Notes: generated by a model from the letters alone, not told the origin. A stretch of 51,071 bases of DNA from Syntrophobacteraceae bacterium CG2_30_61_12 (GCA_001873705.1 MNZR01000016.1:1-51071), one strand, 5' to 3'. Shown: positions 1-9,884, counted from the stretch's first letter. Numbers and translations are program-made.

Positions 1-114
1 CTCTCAACCGCCGAGGCGGTCCTACCCACCGGTCACGAGTGGATCGACAAGATGAAGACGGCGCGGGACGAAGTCCTCGCCCAGATCGGCGATCCGGCCC
101 GGACGGCCACTTGA
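1..114 (+). CDS. 3' end of an unidentified CDS entering from the left edge
   Basis: Frame 1 is open from base 1 to TGA at 112-114 (...[29 protein letters not shown]). No family recognised. The stop lies inside the left arm of the 105-286 inverted repeat. Confidence 0.3.
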   Translation, partial: LSTAEAVLPTGHEWIDKMKTARDEVLAQIGDPARTAT

Positions 115-286
115 AAATCCCCCACTTGTGGCCGGGTACTTTTCCCCCACCCGGAAGACAAGTTAGGCCGTATGGGGGCCATTTAACGTCCTGATCTAAG
201 ATATGATTTCCTTTTTCATCCCCGAATTTTCCACCTCAAGGGTGGGGGATTTTCATGTGGCCACAAGTGGGGGAATCAAGGTGGCC
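105..286. repeat. Imperfect ~50-bp inverted repeat pair (arms 105-153 and 232-286) separated by ~78 bp
   Basis: Left arm is GGCCACTTGAAAATCCCCCACTTGTGGCCGGGTACTTTTCCCCCACCC. It aligns with the reverse complement of the right arm, GGCCACCTTGATTCCCCCACTTGTGGCCACATGAAAATCCCCCACCC. Each arm carries two CCCCCAC cores. Confidence 0.7.
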
Positions 287-507
287 GTCAGGGCTATCAA
301 AAAGTTACCACGAAACATATGAACCAGTTCCCCGGTCCCAAAGTGGGTAGCATAGCCCCTGAACGCGCTGCTCATATCATATGCGGATGATGCCTTTCAC
401 ATCATCAAGTCAAAAACCGGTCAACGATCAAAGGCCGATTTGGACGCCCTAATCGTATTCCGACCCCTACCGTGTGAGGTATGCTATACTGGTTGAGAAT
501 GAAATGC

Positions 508-584
508 TTCGTTTCTTATGTGCTCTTACCTGGGAGCGCGGGCATCTTGCCCGCATTTGGTGATGAAAGGTTTCATCCTAAACC
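508..584 (+). repeat. Dispersed ~77-bp repeat, copy 1 (hairpin core GCGGGCATCTTGCCCGC); copy 2 at 50849-50925
   Basis: TTCGTTTC..TGTGC.CT..CC.GGGAGCGCGGGCATCTTGCCCGC.TTTGGT.ATGAAA...TCCTAAACC is shared in the same orientation by both loci. Here it occupies the N-terminal extension of the 518..1087 track ORF. Confidence 0.75.
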
Positions 585-661
585 GACATAAGCATTATCG
601 TACAGGCGTGATTCACCAACCGCGGGCCGTGATGGACGAAGCGACTGCCGGGAGAGAAACC

Positions 662-1087
662 ATGGCCAACCGGCCAAAACATTTGGAGGAAATTTGCCGG
701 CGCTTTGGCGTGGCGATTCTCTATGTTTTCGGGAGTTGTGCCGACCAGGTGGCGGATTGGCTCGAAGACCGAAGATGCTGCCTCAATATTCAAAATTCCG
801 ACGTGGATCTGGGCGTGGTGCCGGAACCTGGGACCCGACCGAACGTGAAGCAAAAGGTGCTGTTGACCATCGCCATCGAGGATTTTCTGCGGATCAGCCG
901 GGTGGATTTGGTGAGTGTGCCGGAAGCGGATCCTTTCCTGGCCGCCAACATCATTCGTGGTCACCGACTCTATTGCCGCGACCCCCATGCCGCGGATGAA
1001 TACGATCTGTTCATCCTGAGGAGGGCGGGGGACCTGATTCCGCTCGAACGGGAACGCCTGGCGCTCATTCTGGGGTCGGAATCATGA
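662..1087 (+). CDS. mntA: Minimal nucleotidyltransferase (MNT) domain protein, antitoxin of a HEPN/MNT pair
   Basis: Motifs LYVFGSCADQ...DVDLGV match the GSx10-DxD nucleotidyltransferase signature. GGAGAG lies 5 nt before the ATG at 662. The upstream part of the track ORF is covered by a repeat. The stop overlaps the next start (ATGA at 1084). Confidence 0.75.
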   Translation: MANRPKHLEEICRRFGVAILYVFGSCADQVADWLEDRRCCLNIQNSDVDLGVVPEPGTRPNVKQKVLLTIAIEDFLRISRVDLVSVPEADPFLAANIIRGHRLYCRDPHAADEYDLFILRRAGDLIPLERERLALILGSES

Positions 1088-1545
1088 CGCGGGGTTTCAT
1101 ATCCAGACGAATCGTGGCGGACCGGATGGCCTGGGTGGAAGAGATGCTGAGCCACATCGGCTCGCTGCCCTGCTCGGATCGCACCGCCTTCTTTGGTGAC
1201 GCTCGCAACGTGTGGGCTGCGGAATCTTGTCTCAGACGCGCTCTGGAAGCATTGCTGGATCTTGGCCGACACATCCTGGCGAAGGGGTTTGCGGTCGGGG
1301 TGAGCGAGTATAAGGAGGTTGCGGCATCGCTGGTGACCAAGGGGGTCCTGAGTGACTCGATCGGCGAGACCCTCCGGGTGCTCGCGGGCTATCGCAACCG
1401 CCTGGTGCACTTCTATCACGAGGTTACAAAGGATGAGTTGTTCGAAGTCTGTTCGGAGCAACTGGGGGAGTTCCACCAGGTCCTCAGCGCTTTGAAAACC
1501 TGGATCAATCGCCATCCGGACCTGATTCGCGACGACGATCTCTAG
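1084..1545 (+). CDS. hepT: HEPN (DUF86) domain RNase toxin
   Basis: RNRLVHFYH contains the Rx4H HEPN motif near the C-terminus. Size is ~150 aa. There is a 4-nt overlap with the upstream MNT gene. Confidence 0.75.
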   Translation: MTRGFISRRIVADRMAWVEEMLSHIGSLPCSDRTAFFGDARNVWAAESCLRRALEALLDLGRHILAKGFAVGVSEYKEVAASLVTKGVLSDSIGETLRVLAGYRNRLVHFYHEVTKDELFEVCSEQLGEFHQVLSALKTWINRHPDLIRDDDL

Positions 1546-1699
1546 AGCGGACCGGAAGCAACCGGCCGGTTACCACCTGCACCGAGCGCCGGACCATTCT
1601 GGACCCGATCCGATGAGACGTATGCAATTCCGTTCGCACCGGACCCCGGCCTTGACCGGCGAGCGGGATCGGCAGCCGCAAAGCTAGAGGGCAGAAGCG

Positions 1700-2674
1700 A
1701 TGCACTTACGAAAACGGGTATTGGTCACCGGCGGCGCCGGTTTCATCGGCTCCCATTTGTGCGAACGATTGCTTCAGGAGCAATGCGAAGTCCTGTGCGT
1801 GGACAACTTCTATACCGGGAGCAAGCGCAACATCGTCCACCTGCTTTCGCATCCGTGTTTCGAACTGGTCCGTCATGACATCACCTTCCCACTTTATCTC
1901 GAAGTGGACGAAATCTACAACCTGGCCTGTCCGGCTTCACCCATTCACTATCAGCGCGACCCGGTGCAGACCACCAAGGTGAACGTACATGGTTCCATCA
2001 ATATGCTGGGGCTGGCCAAGCGCGTAAAGGCCAGGATCCTGCAAGCATCGACATCCGAGGTCTACGGCGACCCGGACGTTCATCCGCAGCCGGAAGGCTA
2101 TGTCGGGAAGGTCAATCCCATTGGCCCCCGGGCCTGCTATGATGAAGGCAAGCGCTGCGCGGAAACCCTCTTTTTCGACTACCATCGCCAGCACGGACTG
2201 CGGATCAAAGTGGCCAGGATCTTCAACACCTATGGGCCGCGCATGCACCCCAACGACGGTCGAGTGGTTTCCAACTTCATCATGCAGGCCTTGCGGAATC
2301 AACCGATCACCATCTTGGGTGACGGCACCCAGACCCGGTCTTTCTGTTACGTGAGCGACCTGGTGGACGGCCTGATGCGGCTGATGAATACCCCCGACGA
2401 GGTGACCGGTCCGGTGAACCTGGGCAATCCCGCCGAACTGAGCATGCGCGAGTTGGCCGAACAAGTCATCCAATTGACAGGCTCGCGCTCGTCCATTGTG
2501 CAACAGCCCTTGCCGCCGGATGATCCGCGCCGCCGCCGGCCGGACATCGCCATGGCTCGCCGGTACCTGGGTTGGAACCCCAAGGTGGACTTGAAAACGG
2601 GCCTGATGGCTACCGTTGACTACTTCCGCGCCACCTTTGAGATGGGCCGTAACGTGGCTATTGGCAAAGTCTGA
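1700..2674 (+). CDS. uxs: UDP-glucuronate decarboxylase (UDP-xylose synthase), SDR family
   Basis: [19 protein letters not shown] Rossmann motif, [12 protein letters not shown], and catalytic YDEGKRCAE (YxxxK). Length 324 aa is typical. Confidence 0.85.
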   Translation: MHLRKRVLVTGGAGFIGSHLCERLLQEQCEVLCVDNFYTGSKRNIVHLLSHPCFELVRHDITFPLYLEVDEIYNLACPASPIHYQRDPVQTTKVNVHGSINMLGLAKRVKARILQASTSEVYGDPDVHPQPEGYVGKVNPIGPRACYDEGKRCAETLFFDYHRQHGLRIKVARIFNTYGPRMHPNDGRVVSNFIMQALRNQPITILGDGTQTRSFCYVSDLVDGLMRLMNTPDEVTGPVNLGNPAELSMRELAEQVIQLTGSRSSIVQQPLPPDDPRRRRPDIAMARRYLGWNPKVDLKTGLMATVDYFRATFEMGRNVAIGKV

Positions 2675-3005
2675 GCGGAGTGCAAGAGAGGGGACCTGCG
2701 ATCTCTCTGCCGCAGGGCTACCCATGGCATTGCAACCACTGGATTTGCAAGACGATTTGTACGCGATTGGCGTGGATGTCTAGCCCGCTCACTTTGCATG
2801 GAATCGCAAGATGGTTTGGACTGAGTATCGAATTTGCGCCAGGCAAGACCGGTAACGATGAGGGTTTCTGGGGACTCGGGTGGGAAGGACGTCGGCCTCC
2901 ATCCAACACCAGATCGGCGATCTCAGCGGGGAAAGGGCGTGAGTGTTGCTCTAATTCAGAGCACCGTTCTTTCGACCGATGCTGGCTGAACCTGTTTCCC
3001 GTACC

Positions 3006-4454
3006 ATGATCAAGGAGAAACTCTTGCATCGCGGTTCCATCGGCTGCCCCCCGAGTCCCGTTGTCGGTTCACGCTCCGACCGAGACCTGCTGGTGGTTCA
3101 GCTGAACGTCCCTGCGGAAGAGGGAGAGGGTGACTATTTCCACCGTTCTTTTGCACCCGGAAAAGCCTTGTCGGAAAACTCCGGCGTCCATGTCATTAGT
3201 TTGACCAATGAGCATCGTCGGAAGTTTGCCATCATCGAGGCGGCCGATCTGCTGGTGATCACCATGGTGTGCGACCTGGATCTTATGCCGGTCGTCGAAC
3301 GTCGCCGCTGGGCAGGGTTGCCGACCGTATATGAATTGAATGACGATGTCTTCGACCTGCCGGTATCGAACCCGCGTCGCGCCTTCTACTCCAATCCCTT
3401 CAACCGCCAGCTCACCGAACTGCTGATGAAATCTTCGGACGCGGTGCAGTTCAGTTCCAGTGCGCTACAGATCAAGTACGGCCATTACCACGACCGATCC
3501 GCGGTGTTCTCCAATCAGCTCTCGTATCTCCCGCCCGAACGCCTTTGGCGTAACCGCCGGCCGGTGGTCGTGGGCTGGGGCGGGTCGATGGGCCACCTTG
3601 AAGACCTGCAAACGATTTCCGATGCGCTTTCCGGATGGTGCCGCACTCGTGATGATGTGAAGCTCCATCTCATGTGCGCCCCGGCGATCGCTGAACTTTT
3701 CGATGCGGTGCCGGCTCACAAGAAAACGCTTTTCCCGCCTGGTTCCATGCTGGATTACCATCAGTTCTTGGGTACCCTGGATATTGGCATCGCTCCCCTC
3801 AACCCGGTTTCCTACAACTCGGCCCGGTCCGACGTCAAATTTCTGGAATATGCGTCACACGGGGTCGTGCCGGTGTTGCAGCGGGCCCGACCCTACCTGG
3901 AAACGGTCCGGGAGGGGAAAACCGGTCTGATGTTTGACACCATTGATGAACTGTTAAGGCATCTGGATCATCTGGTGGCCGATTATCGCGATCGCGTGCG
4001 CCTGGGGATTGCGGCCCGCGACTTTGTGCTTCGGCACCGGACCCAGGTCCGGGGTGCCGTGGAGCGGCTTGCGTTCTATCAAGGTCTTTTTCCGAGCGGG
4101 GCAACCCGCACCGCGAGCGGGCACGTCCGGGGTCGGTTCGAACAATGGTCCACCCTGGAAGGTGCGGTGCGCCGCGGACGCCACCTGGTGTTGTTGCCGA
4201 CCGCTTTTGAAACAGCCTTGCGGGATGGTCTTTATGCCATGGAAAAAGGTTGGGGCCGGGAAGCCGGAAAATGTTTCCAGATTGCGCAATCGCTCTGCCC
4301 CGATGCCTATCTTCCGTATCTCTATCTCAGCGGCTGTGCCGGAATGGGCAGCAAGGAAGCTGCCGCCTGGGCGAAAGAAGCCCTGGCCAGGAATCCCGAG
4401 TCCCGGATGTGCCGGATGATCTTATCAGCAACCGCGAAAACTGCCGTTGGCTGA
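3006..4454 (+). CDS. GT-B fold glycosyltransferase-like protein with TPR-like C-terminus
   Basis: VVVGWGGSMGHLEDL and RSDVKFLEYASHGVVPV resemble the C-terminal nucleotide-sugar-binding half of GT1/GT4 enzymes. The C-terminus (KCFQIAQSLCPDAYLPYLYLSG...) looks TPR-like. Start placed at MIKEK. Confidence 0.5.
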   Translation: MIKEKLLHRGSIGCPPSPVVGSRSDRDLLVVQLNVPAEEGEGDYFHRSFAPGKALSENSGVHVISLTNEHRRKFAIIEAADLLVITMVCDLDLMPVVERRRWAGLPTVYELNDDVFDLPVSNPRRAFYSNPFNRQLTELLMKSSDAVQFSSSALQIKYGHYHDRSAVFSNQLSYLPPERLWRNRRPVVVGWGGSMGHLEDLQTISDALSGWCRTRDDVKLHLMCAPAIAELFDAVPAHKKTLFPPGSMLDYHQFLGTLDIGIAPLNPVSYNSARSDVKFLEYASHGVVPVLQRARPYLETVREGKTGLMFDTIDELLRHLDHLVADYRDRVRLGIAARDFVLRHRTQVRGAVERLAFYQGLFPSGATRTASGHVRGRFEQWSTLEGAVRRGRHLVLLPTAFETALRDGLYAMEKGWGREAGKCFQIAQSLCPDAYLPYLYLSGCAGMGSKEAAAWAKEALARNPESRMCRMILSATAKTAVG

Positions 4455-4464
4455 AAACGATCGG

Positions 4465-4494
4465 TCAAGGACTCTGGTACCGACAAGCCGATTA
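4465..4494 (+). promoter_or_regulatory. Weak sigma28-like element (TCAAGGAC-N14-GCCGATTA)
   Basis: It has the same TCAAG / TGGTACCG / GCCGATTA blocks as the flgM promoter candidate, but the spacer is 2 nt longer. Confidence 0.2.
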
Positions 4495-4761
4495 GCGGCA
4501 ATCTGCCATTTGTTGCCGTTCTGATTCGGTTTCAGATGGCCTTTGCAGAGCGCTTCATTTGGACGCTTGCGCAGCCTTGCGCGGGCCGGCGATCCAAAGG
4601 CGCGGCAAGAAGTCAATCTCGGCCTGACTCATTGACTGTCATTCTCGCCAAAGCATGCAGGAATGGTGAGGCGCGGCCAAGAGCCAAGAGTCGTCGGTCG
4701 CCCTATCGATATTCCGCTAACAATATACCGGCTGTTTCGAGCCCCTTGATAGCTCTCTGGT

Positions 4762-4777
4762 GGCACAGATCATGCTT
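4762..4777 (+). promoter_or_regulatory. Sigma54 -24/-12 promoter candidate upstream of rfbF
   Basis: TGGCAC-AGATC-ATGCT has correct GG-N10-GC spacing. It lies ~115 nt upstream of the rfbF ATG, inside a 437-bp intergenic region. Confidence 0.45.
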
Positions 4778-4891
4778 GTAATGGCGTGACAGCCAGAAAC
4801 ATTGACGGGGCAGATCCTTTCCGTTGCGAGGCTGGAGAAATCGCATCGGGGCTGCCCGCTGTTAGTAGACACGTGAAGAAGGAACAGGTCG

Positions 4892-5668
4892 ATGAAAGTT
4901 GTGATCTTCGCGGGAGGAATCGGAACGCGGATTTCGGAAGAATCCCACCTCAAACCAAAACCAATGATTGAAATCGGCGGAAAGCCTATTTTGTGGCACA
5001 TCATGAAAATATACGAGAGCCAGGGATTCAATGACTTCATCATTTGCCTAGGCTACAAGGGGTACATTATCAAGGAATATTTCCTGAATTATTATCTTTA
5101 CAATTCTGATGTGACCATCAATCTCCAAACCAACAGCCATGAAGTCCACCGGTCCAACTGTGAGAATTTCCGCATCACCCTGGTAGACACGGGCCTCTTG
5201 AGCGGCACTGCCGGACGTTTGAAGCGAGTAGAACGCTACATCGACAATCACGAGTTCATGCTCACGTATGGTGACGGGCTTGCGGATGTGAATCTGAACG
5301 AACTCCTGGCGTTTCATCGTGCTCGCGGAAAGATCGCCACGGTAACCGCTGTACAACCAGCCGGTCGGTTCGGTCTATTGGGAGTGGACGAAGCCGAGCG
5401 GGTCACGTGTTTCAATGAAAAACCTCTTGGAGACGGGGGCTGGATCAATGGCGGTTTTTTCGTGCTGAAGTCCGAGGTGTTTTCTTTCCTGCCGGAAGAC
5501 TCCGATCAGAAGATGTGGGAACAGGATCCCCTGGAAAACCTGGTTCTCGGTCATGAACTCGTTTCTTACAAGCACCACGGTTTCTGGAAATGCATGGATG
5601 CCTTGCGAGACAAGGAGGAGTTGGAAAGACTCTGGCAGTCGGGGCAGGCTCAATGGAAGACATGGTGA
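4892..5668 (+). CDS. rfbF: Glucose-1-phosphate cytidylyltransferase
   Basis: MKVVIFAGGIGTRISEESHLKPKPMIEIGGKPILWHIMKIY is the characteristic RfbF/DdhA N-terminus. Length is 258 aa. Confidence 0.9.
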   Translation: MKVVIFAGGIGTRISEESHLKPKPMIEIGGKPILWHIMKIYESQGFNDFIICLGYKGYIIKEYFLNYYLYNSDVTINLQTNSHEVHRSNCENFRITLVDTGLLSGTAGRLKRVERYIDNHEFMLTYGDGLADVNLNELLAFHRARGKIATVTAVQPAGRFGLLGVDEAERVTCFNEKPLGDGGWINGGFFVLKSEVFSFLPEDSDQKMWEQDPLENLVLGHELVSYKHHGFWKCMDALRDKEELERLWQSGQAQWKTW

Positions 5669-6771
5669 TGAACCGCGCTTTTTGGAAGGGGAAGTCGGTT
5701 TTCCTGACCGGTCATACTGGTTTCAAGGGCAGCTGGTTTTCCTTGTGGCTGCAACATTTGGGAGCTTGTGTTTCCGGCTATGCGCTGGCTCCGGAGAGCG
5801 GGGAGTGCCTGTATCATCAGGCTAGAGTGGGCGAGAGGTTGCACACGACCTACGGTGATGTGCGCGATGGTGAAAGGCTACACACCGCGATCACCTGGGC
5901 CAAACCCGAGATAGCCCTGCATTTTGCGGCACAACCGCTGGTGCGCGCATCCTACCAAAATCCAGCCTATACTTTTGCGGTCAACGTGATGGGAACGGTC
6001 AATTTCCTGGAAGCCATACGCCGAACGCCATCGGTTCGGGTGGCGGTAGTGGTCACCAGCGACAAGTGCTACGAAAATCGAGAATGGCGGCGGGGCTATC
6101 GTGAGAGCGACCGAATGGGCGGCAGTGATCCCTACTCATGCAGCAAAGGGTGCGCGGAACTGGTGACATCCGCGTATCGCCGTTCCTTTTTCGAAAATGG
6201 TCGGGTGGCGGTGGCCACGGTGCGGGCCGGGAACGTGATGGGCGGTGGGGACTGGGCTGAGGATCGGCTGGTTCCTGACCTGGTGCGCGCATTTGCCGGT
6301 GGCCGCATGGTGAAGCTGAGATATCCGAAGGCGGTGCGACCGTGGCAGTATGTTCTCGATCCGCTTCGCGGCTATATGATGTTGGTCCAACACCTGTGGC
6401 AGGCTGGAGCGACCTATTCAACCGCCTGGAACTTCGGCCCCGGGGACGAGGCTGCCTTTACTGTCGAGGACGTGGTCCGGGAAGCAGCAGGTCGCTGGGG
6501 ACCTGGAGCTTCCTGGGATGTGGATAGATCCTCTCAGCCCCGTGAAAGCCAGCACCTGAAACTTGACTGCTCCCAGGCTTGCTCTCAGTTGGGCTGGATA
6601 CCCCTGTTCGAGTTGGAAACCGCCCTGGATTGGACCCTATCCTGGTATTTGGCCCATCATTCGGGAAACGCGGACATGCGCGCCTTTTCGCAGGCGCAGA
6701 TCGCGGCATATGAAGACCTGTTGGCGGTTGCTCCAGGTCAAACCGAAAGCTGCCGAAGGAGATCGGCGTGA
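5662..6771 (+). CDS. rfbG: CDP-glucose 4,6-dehydratase
   Basis: [24 protein letters not shown] and YSCSKGCAE (YxxxK). The start is ambiguous (ATG at 5653, 5662 or 5668) and overlaps the rfbF stop. Confidence 0.9.
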   Translation: MVMNRAFWKGKSVFLTGHTGFKGSWFSLWLQHLGACVSGYALAPESGECLYHQARVGERLHTTYGDVRDGERLHTAITWAKPEIALHFAAQPLVRASYQNPAYTFAVNVMGTVNFLEAIRRTPSVRVAVVVTSDKCYENREWRRGYRESDRMGGSDPYSCSKGCAELVTSAYRRSFFENGRVAVATVRAGNVMGGGDWAEDRLVPDLVRAFAGGRMVKLRYPKAVRPWQYVLDPLRGYMMLVQHLWQAGATYSTAWNFGPGDEAAFTVEDVVREAAGRWGPGASWDVDRSSQPRESQHLKLDCSQACSQLGWIPLFELETALDWTLSWYLAHHSGNADMRAFSQAQIAAYEDLLAVAPGQTESCRRRSA

Positions 6772-8117
6772 GCGACCTGCGAGAAAAGATGCTTAGGCAG
6801 CAGGCCATTGAAGCGGCTATTGCGCATTATCAGCATGCTCATGGGCGGACCAGCAAGTTCCTTCCCGGGGATCGTGTTCCTTATGGCGGCCGCATTTTCG
6901 ACGCGGATGAGATCGCCAATTTGGTGGACGCATCGCTTGATTTCTGGTTGACGACCGGTCGCTATAGCGAAAGGTTCGAGGGCGAATTCGCCGACTTTCT
7001 CGGTGCTAGGTATTGTTCCCTCACCAACTCTGGATCATCGGCCAATCTGCTCGCTTTTATGGCGCTCACTTCACCAAAGCTTGGCCGACGACGCATCAAC
7101 CCCGGAGATGAGGTGATCACCGTGGCTGCCGCGTTTCCCACCACCGTCGCACCCATTATTCAATATGGGGCTATACCCGTTTTTGTTGATGTCTCGCTCC
7201 CCACTTACAACATCGACGTCGCTTTCCTCGAGTCCGCATTATCCGCAAAGACAAAAGCGGTCATGATCGCCCACACCCTCGGGAACCCCTTTGATCTCGA
7301 GACCGTATCAGCATTTTGCAGACAGCATGATCTCTGGCTCATCGAAGACAACTGCGACGCTCTGGGGGCTCGATATTTCCATGATGGGCACTGGCAATTC
7401 ACCGGGACCTTGGGACATCTCGGCACCTCCAGTTTCTATCCCGCGCATCATATCACGATGGGTGAGGGAGGAGCCGTTTACACCAACGACCTCCAACTGA
7501 AAAAACTAATAGATTCCTTCCGCGACTGGGGCAGGGATTGCTGGTGCCCATCGGGAAAGGACAACACTTGCCGACATCGATTTGAGCAGCGATTCGGTGA
7601 ACTCCCACCCGGATATGATCACAAGTATGTCTACTCGCATTTCGGGTACAACCTCAAGGTCACAGAGATGCAGGCAGCCATTGGCTGCGCTCAACTGCGG
7701 AAGCTTCCGTCTTTTATTTCCCGAAGACAGACCAATTGGCAGTTGCTGCATGCCGGTCTTTATGACATGCAGGACGTTTTCATTCTTCCCCAAGCGACAG
7801 CGAGTTCCGATCCCTCGTGGTTTGGCTTTCTCATTACCATAAAGGACGGCAAGCTCTTCAACAGGCATCAGATAATCAGCCACTTGGAAGAAAAAGGCAT
7901 TCAAACCAGAATGCTGTTTTCGGGCAATCTGCTCAAGCATCCTTGTTTCGATTTGATGCGTGGAACCAACACGGGTTATCGTGTGGTCGGAGACCTTGAG
8001 GTTACCAACCGGATCATGCGCGATTCATTCTGGATTGGAGTCTATCCCGGGTTGAACGATGAAATGATTGCCTATGTTGTTGCGGCGATCCTTGAATACG
8101 TGGAGTCACGGAGATGA
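6768..8117 (+). CDS. rfbH: CDP-4-keto-6-deoxyglucose 3-dehydrase (E1-type, PMP/[2Fe-2S]), DegT family
   Basis: DegT fold. [14 protein letters not shown] has His where aminotransferases carry the Schiff-base Lys. Cys cluster [12 protein letters not shown] (CxCx7C) is present. Length is 449 aa. Confidence 0.85.
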   Translation: MSDLREKMLRQQAIEAAIAHYQHAHGRTSKFLPGDRVPYGGRIFDADEIANLVDASLDFWLTTGRYSERFEGEFADFLGARYCSLTNSGSSANLLAFMALTSPKLGRRRINPGDEVITVAAAFPTTVAPIIQYGAIPVFVDVSLPTYNIDVAFLESALSAKTKAVMIAHTLGNPFDLETVSAFCRQHDLWLIEDNCDALGARYFHDGHWQFTGTLGHLGTSSFYPAHHITMGEGGAVYTNDLQLKKLIDSFRDWGRDCWCPSGKDNTCRHRFEQRFGELPPGYDHKYVYSHFGYNLKVTEMQAAIGCAQLRKLPSFISRRQTNWQLLHAGLYDMQDVFILPQATASSDPSWFGFLITIKDGKLFNRHQIISHLEEKGIQTRMLFSGNLLKHPCFDLMRGTNTGYRVVGDLEVTNRIMRDSFWIGVYPGLNDEMIAYVVAAILEYVESRR

Positions 8118-8731
8118 TGAAGGTCACCGAAAGCTCCATTCCCGGCTGTTACGAGATCATTTCTCGAGTTTTCCGAGACAATCGAGGGACGTTCGTCAAG
8201 ACATTCCATCACGACATGTTTCTAGAACATGGCCTGACCACTCAATGGAGGGAAGAATACTACTCCGTCTCGCACCACGGTGTTTTGCGGGGACTCCATT
8301 TTCAACTTCCTCCCCATGATCACGAAAAGCTCGTGTACTGCATCGCCGGACGGGTGTTGGATGCCGTGGTAGACCTGCGCAAGGGCTCGCCAACCTTCGG
8401 CCGGCATGTTTTGCTGGAGCTGGATGCAGGGAAAGCAAACATGCTCTATGTCCCCCGGGGGCTTGCCCACGGGTTTTACGTTCTCAGTGACTCAGCAATT
8501 TTGATCTACAAGGCTTCCTCCGTTCATGCACCCGAGCACGATACCGGTATTCACTGGAACACCGCTGGAATTTCATGGCCGGACAAGACTCCTCTGACGT
8601 CGCCACGGGACAATCAGTTTAGCTCATTGGATTGTCTGGATTCCCCTTTCATCTTTCATCAGGGTCAGGCAACGGGCAAACGAAGAAATCGTTCCACCGC
8701 CGGCATTGGCACTGATAACGCATATCGTTGA
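8114..8731 (+). CDS. RmlC-like cupin sugar-nucleotide 3,5- (or 5-) epimerase
   Basis: IPGCYEI...FRDNRGTF...GLHFQ...[10 protein letters not shown] matches the dTDP-4-dehydrorhamnose epimerase fold. The start overlaps the rfbH stop. Confidence 0.7.
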   Translation: MMKVTESSIPGCYEIISRVFRDNRGTFVKTFHHDMFLEHGLTTQWREEYYSVSHHGVLRGLHFQLPPHDHEKLVYCIAGRVLDAVVDLRKGSPTFGRHVLLELDAGKANMLYVPRGLAHGFYVLSDSAILIYKASSVHAPEHDTGIHWNTAGISWPDKTPLTSPRDNQFSSLDCLDSPFIFHQGQATGKRRNRSTAGIGTDNAYR

Positions 8732-8810
8732 ACAGCAAAGGGCTTGGTAACATGAAGTCGGCTCACTTGGATCACGGGGTTGCACCCAGCAACAAATGGA
8801 TAGGGCTTGT

Positions 8811-9695
8811 ATGAAGATCCTCTTGACGGGAGCGACAGGATTTCTTGGATCTCGTCTAGCGACTCATCTCCATCGAGCGGGTCATTCGGTCTGCTACCTG
8901 CGCCGTCCTCAGTCTGTCGTGGCAAGGGAGGTGGCTCACCTCCCGGCCTATGTAGTTGAGCCGGATGGGTCCGGTATTCGAGAGGCATTGACTGAGGTTA
9001 GTCCCCATGTGGTGGTGCATTTGGCTGCCCACTACGTCGCCGAGCATCGCTTTGAAGATATCGAAGCCCTGGTGAGCAGCAACATCCTCTTCGGCAGCTA
9101 TCTCTTGGAGGCCATGCGCCTGGCAGGAGCCAAACACCTGGTCTACGCGGGCACCTCCTGGCAGCATTATGAGGGCGCCGAGTATCGGCCCGTGAACCTT
9201 TATGCGGCGACGAAACAGGCATTTTCAACACTCGCGGATTACTATCGCGACACAACGGAGATGCGGATCCTGGAATTACACCTCTACGACCTCTACGGTG
9301 AAGGCGATACAAGGCCTAGGCTCTTGAACCAACTGCAGTCCGCCGCCGACTCAGGAACGGAACTGGCGATGTCGATGGGGGAGCAGCGCATCCATCTGGT
9401 TCATGTGGATGATGTGAGCCGAGGCTTCGCCATGGCCTGCCGGCAGGTCCGGCAACAGGCTGCGGGCGAGCGTAGAGTATACCGACTGCCGTCATTACGA
9501 TCAGTCTCTTTGCAGGAACTCGTTGCAGCCTTCAGTGCCGTTAATCCCCATCTGCCTGCCAGGGTCGCGTGGGGCAAGCGGCCTTACCGTGCGCGCGAAG
9601 TGTTCCTCCCCTGGGATGGCCAGGAAATCCTACCGGACTGGGTTCCACGCATCGGACTGCAAGAGGGTTTGCGATGGTTCCGAGGATGCCGCTGA
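8811..9695 (+). CDS. NAD(P)-dependent SDR sugar-nucleotide 4-reductase/epimerase
   Basis: MKILLTGATGFLGSRLATHL Rossmann motif and YAATKQAFS (YxxxK). Size and position resemble CDP-dideoxyhexose synthases (RfbJ/RfbS/AscF class). Confidence 0.7.
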   Translation: MKILLTGATGFLGSRLATHLHRAGHSVCYLRRPQSVVAREVAHLPAYVVEPDGSGIREALTEVSPHVVVHLAAHYVAEHRFEDIEALVSSNILFGSYLLEAMRLAGAKHLVYAGTSWQHYEGAEYRPVNLYAATKQAFSTLADYYRDTTEMRILELHLYDLYGEGDTRPRLLNQLQSAADSGTELAMSMGEQRIHLVHVDDVSRGFAMACRQVRQQAAGERRVYRLPSLRSVSLQELVAAFSAVNPHLPARVAWGKRPYRAREVFLPWDGQEILPDWVPRIGLQEGLRWFRGCR

Positions 9696-9884
9696 GGAAC
9701 ATCGGCGTTTTACTCACAAACGCATGTTTGCAGTTTCGCGAGTGGAATCGCGAGGTTTCTTGATGGGTAGTCTAGCCTGGTGGCAAGTTGGCGGTGATTC
9801 TGCTCTCACTGCCATGCCAGCAAACGGCCAAGTCGGGGGGAAATTGGACCGGTCAACCCCATAACCACGAGATATTGCCTTTGG

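Noticed and set aside
518-661. N-terminal 48 codons of the 518..1087 track ORF.
   Set aside because: This stretch coincides with the dispersed 77-bp repeat, which also occurs in non-coding DNA at 50849-50925. A GGAGAG RBS precedes the internal ATG at 662, giving a normal-sized MNT protein.
9777-9791. Sigma54-like element TGGTGG-CAAGT-TGGC upstream of the AT-rich module.
   Set aside because: Only the GG-N10-GC skeleton matches, and both the -24 and -12 flanks are poor. This could easily occur by chance in GC-rich DNA.
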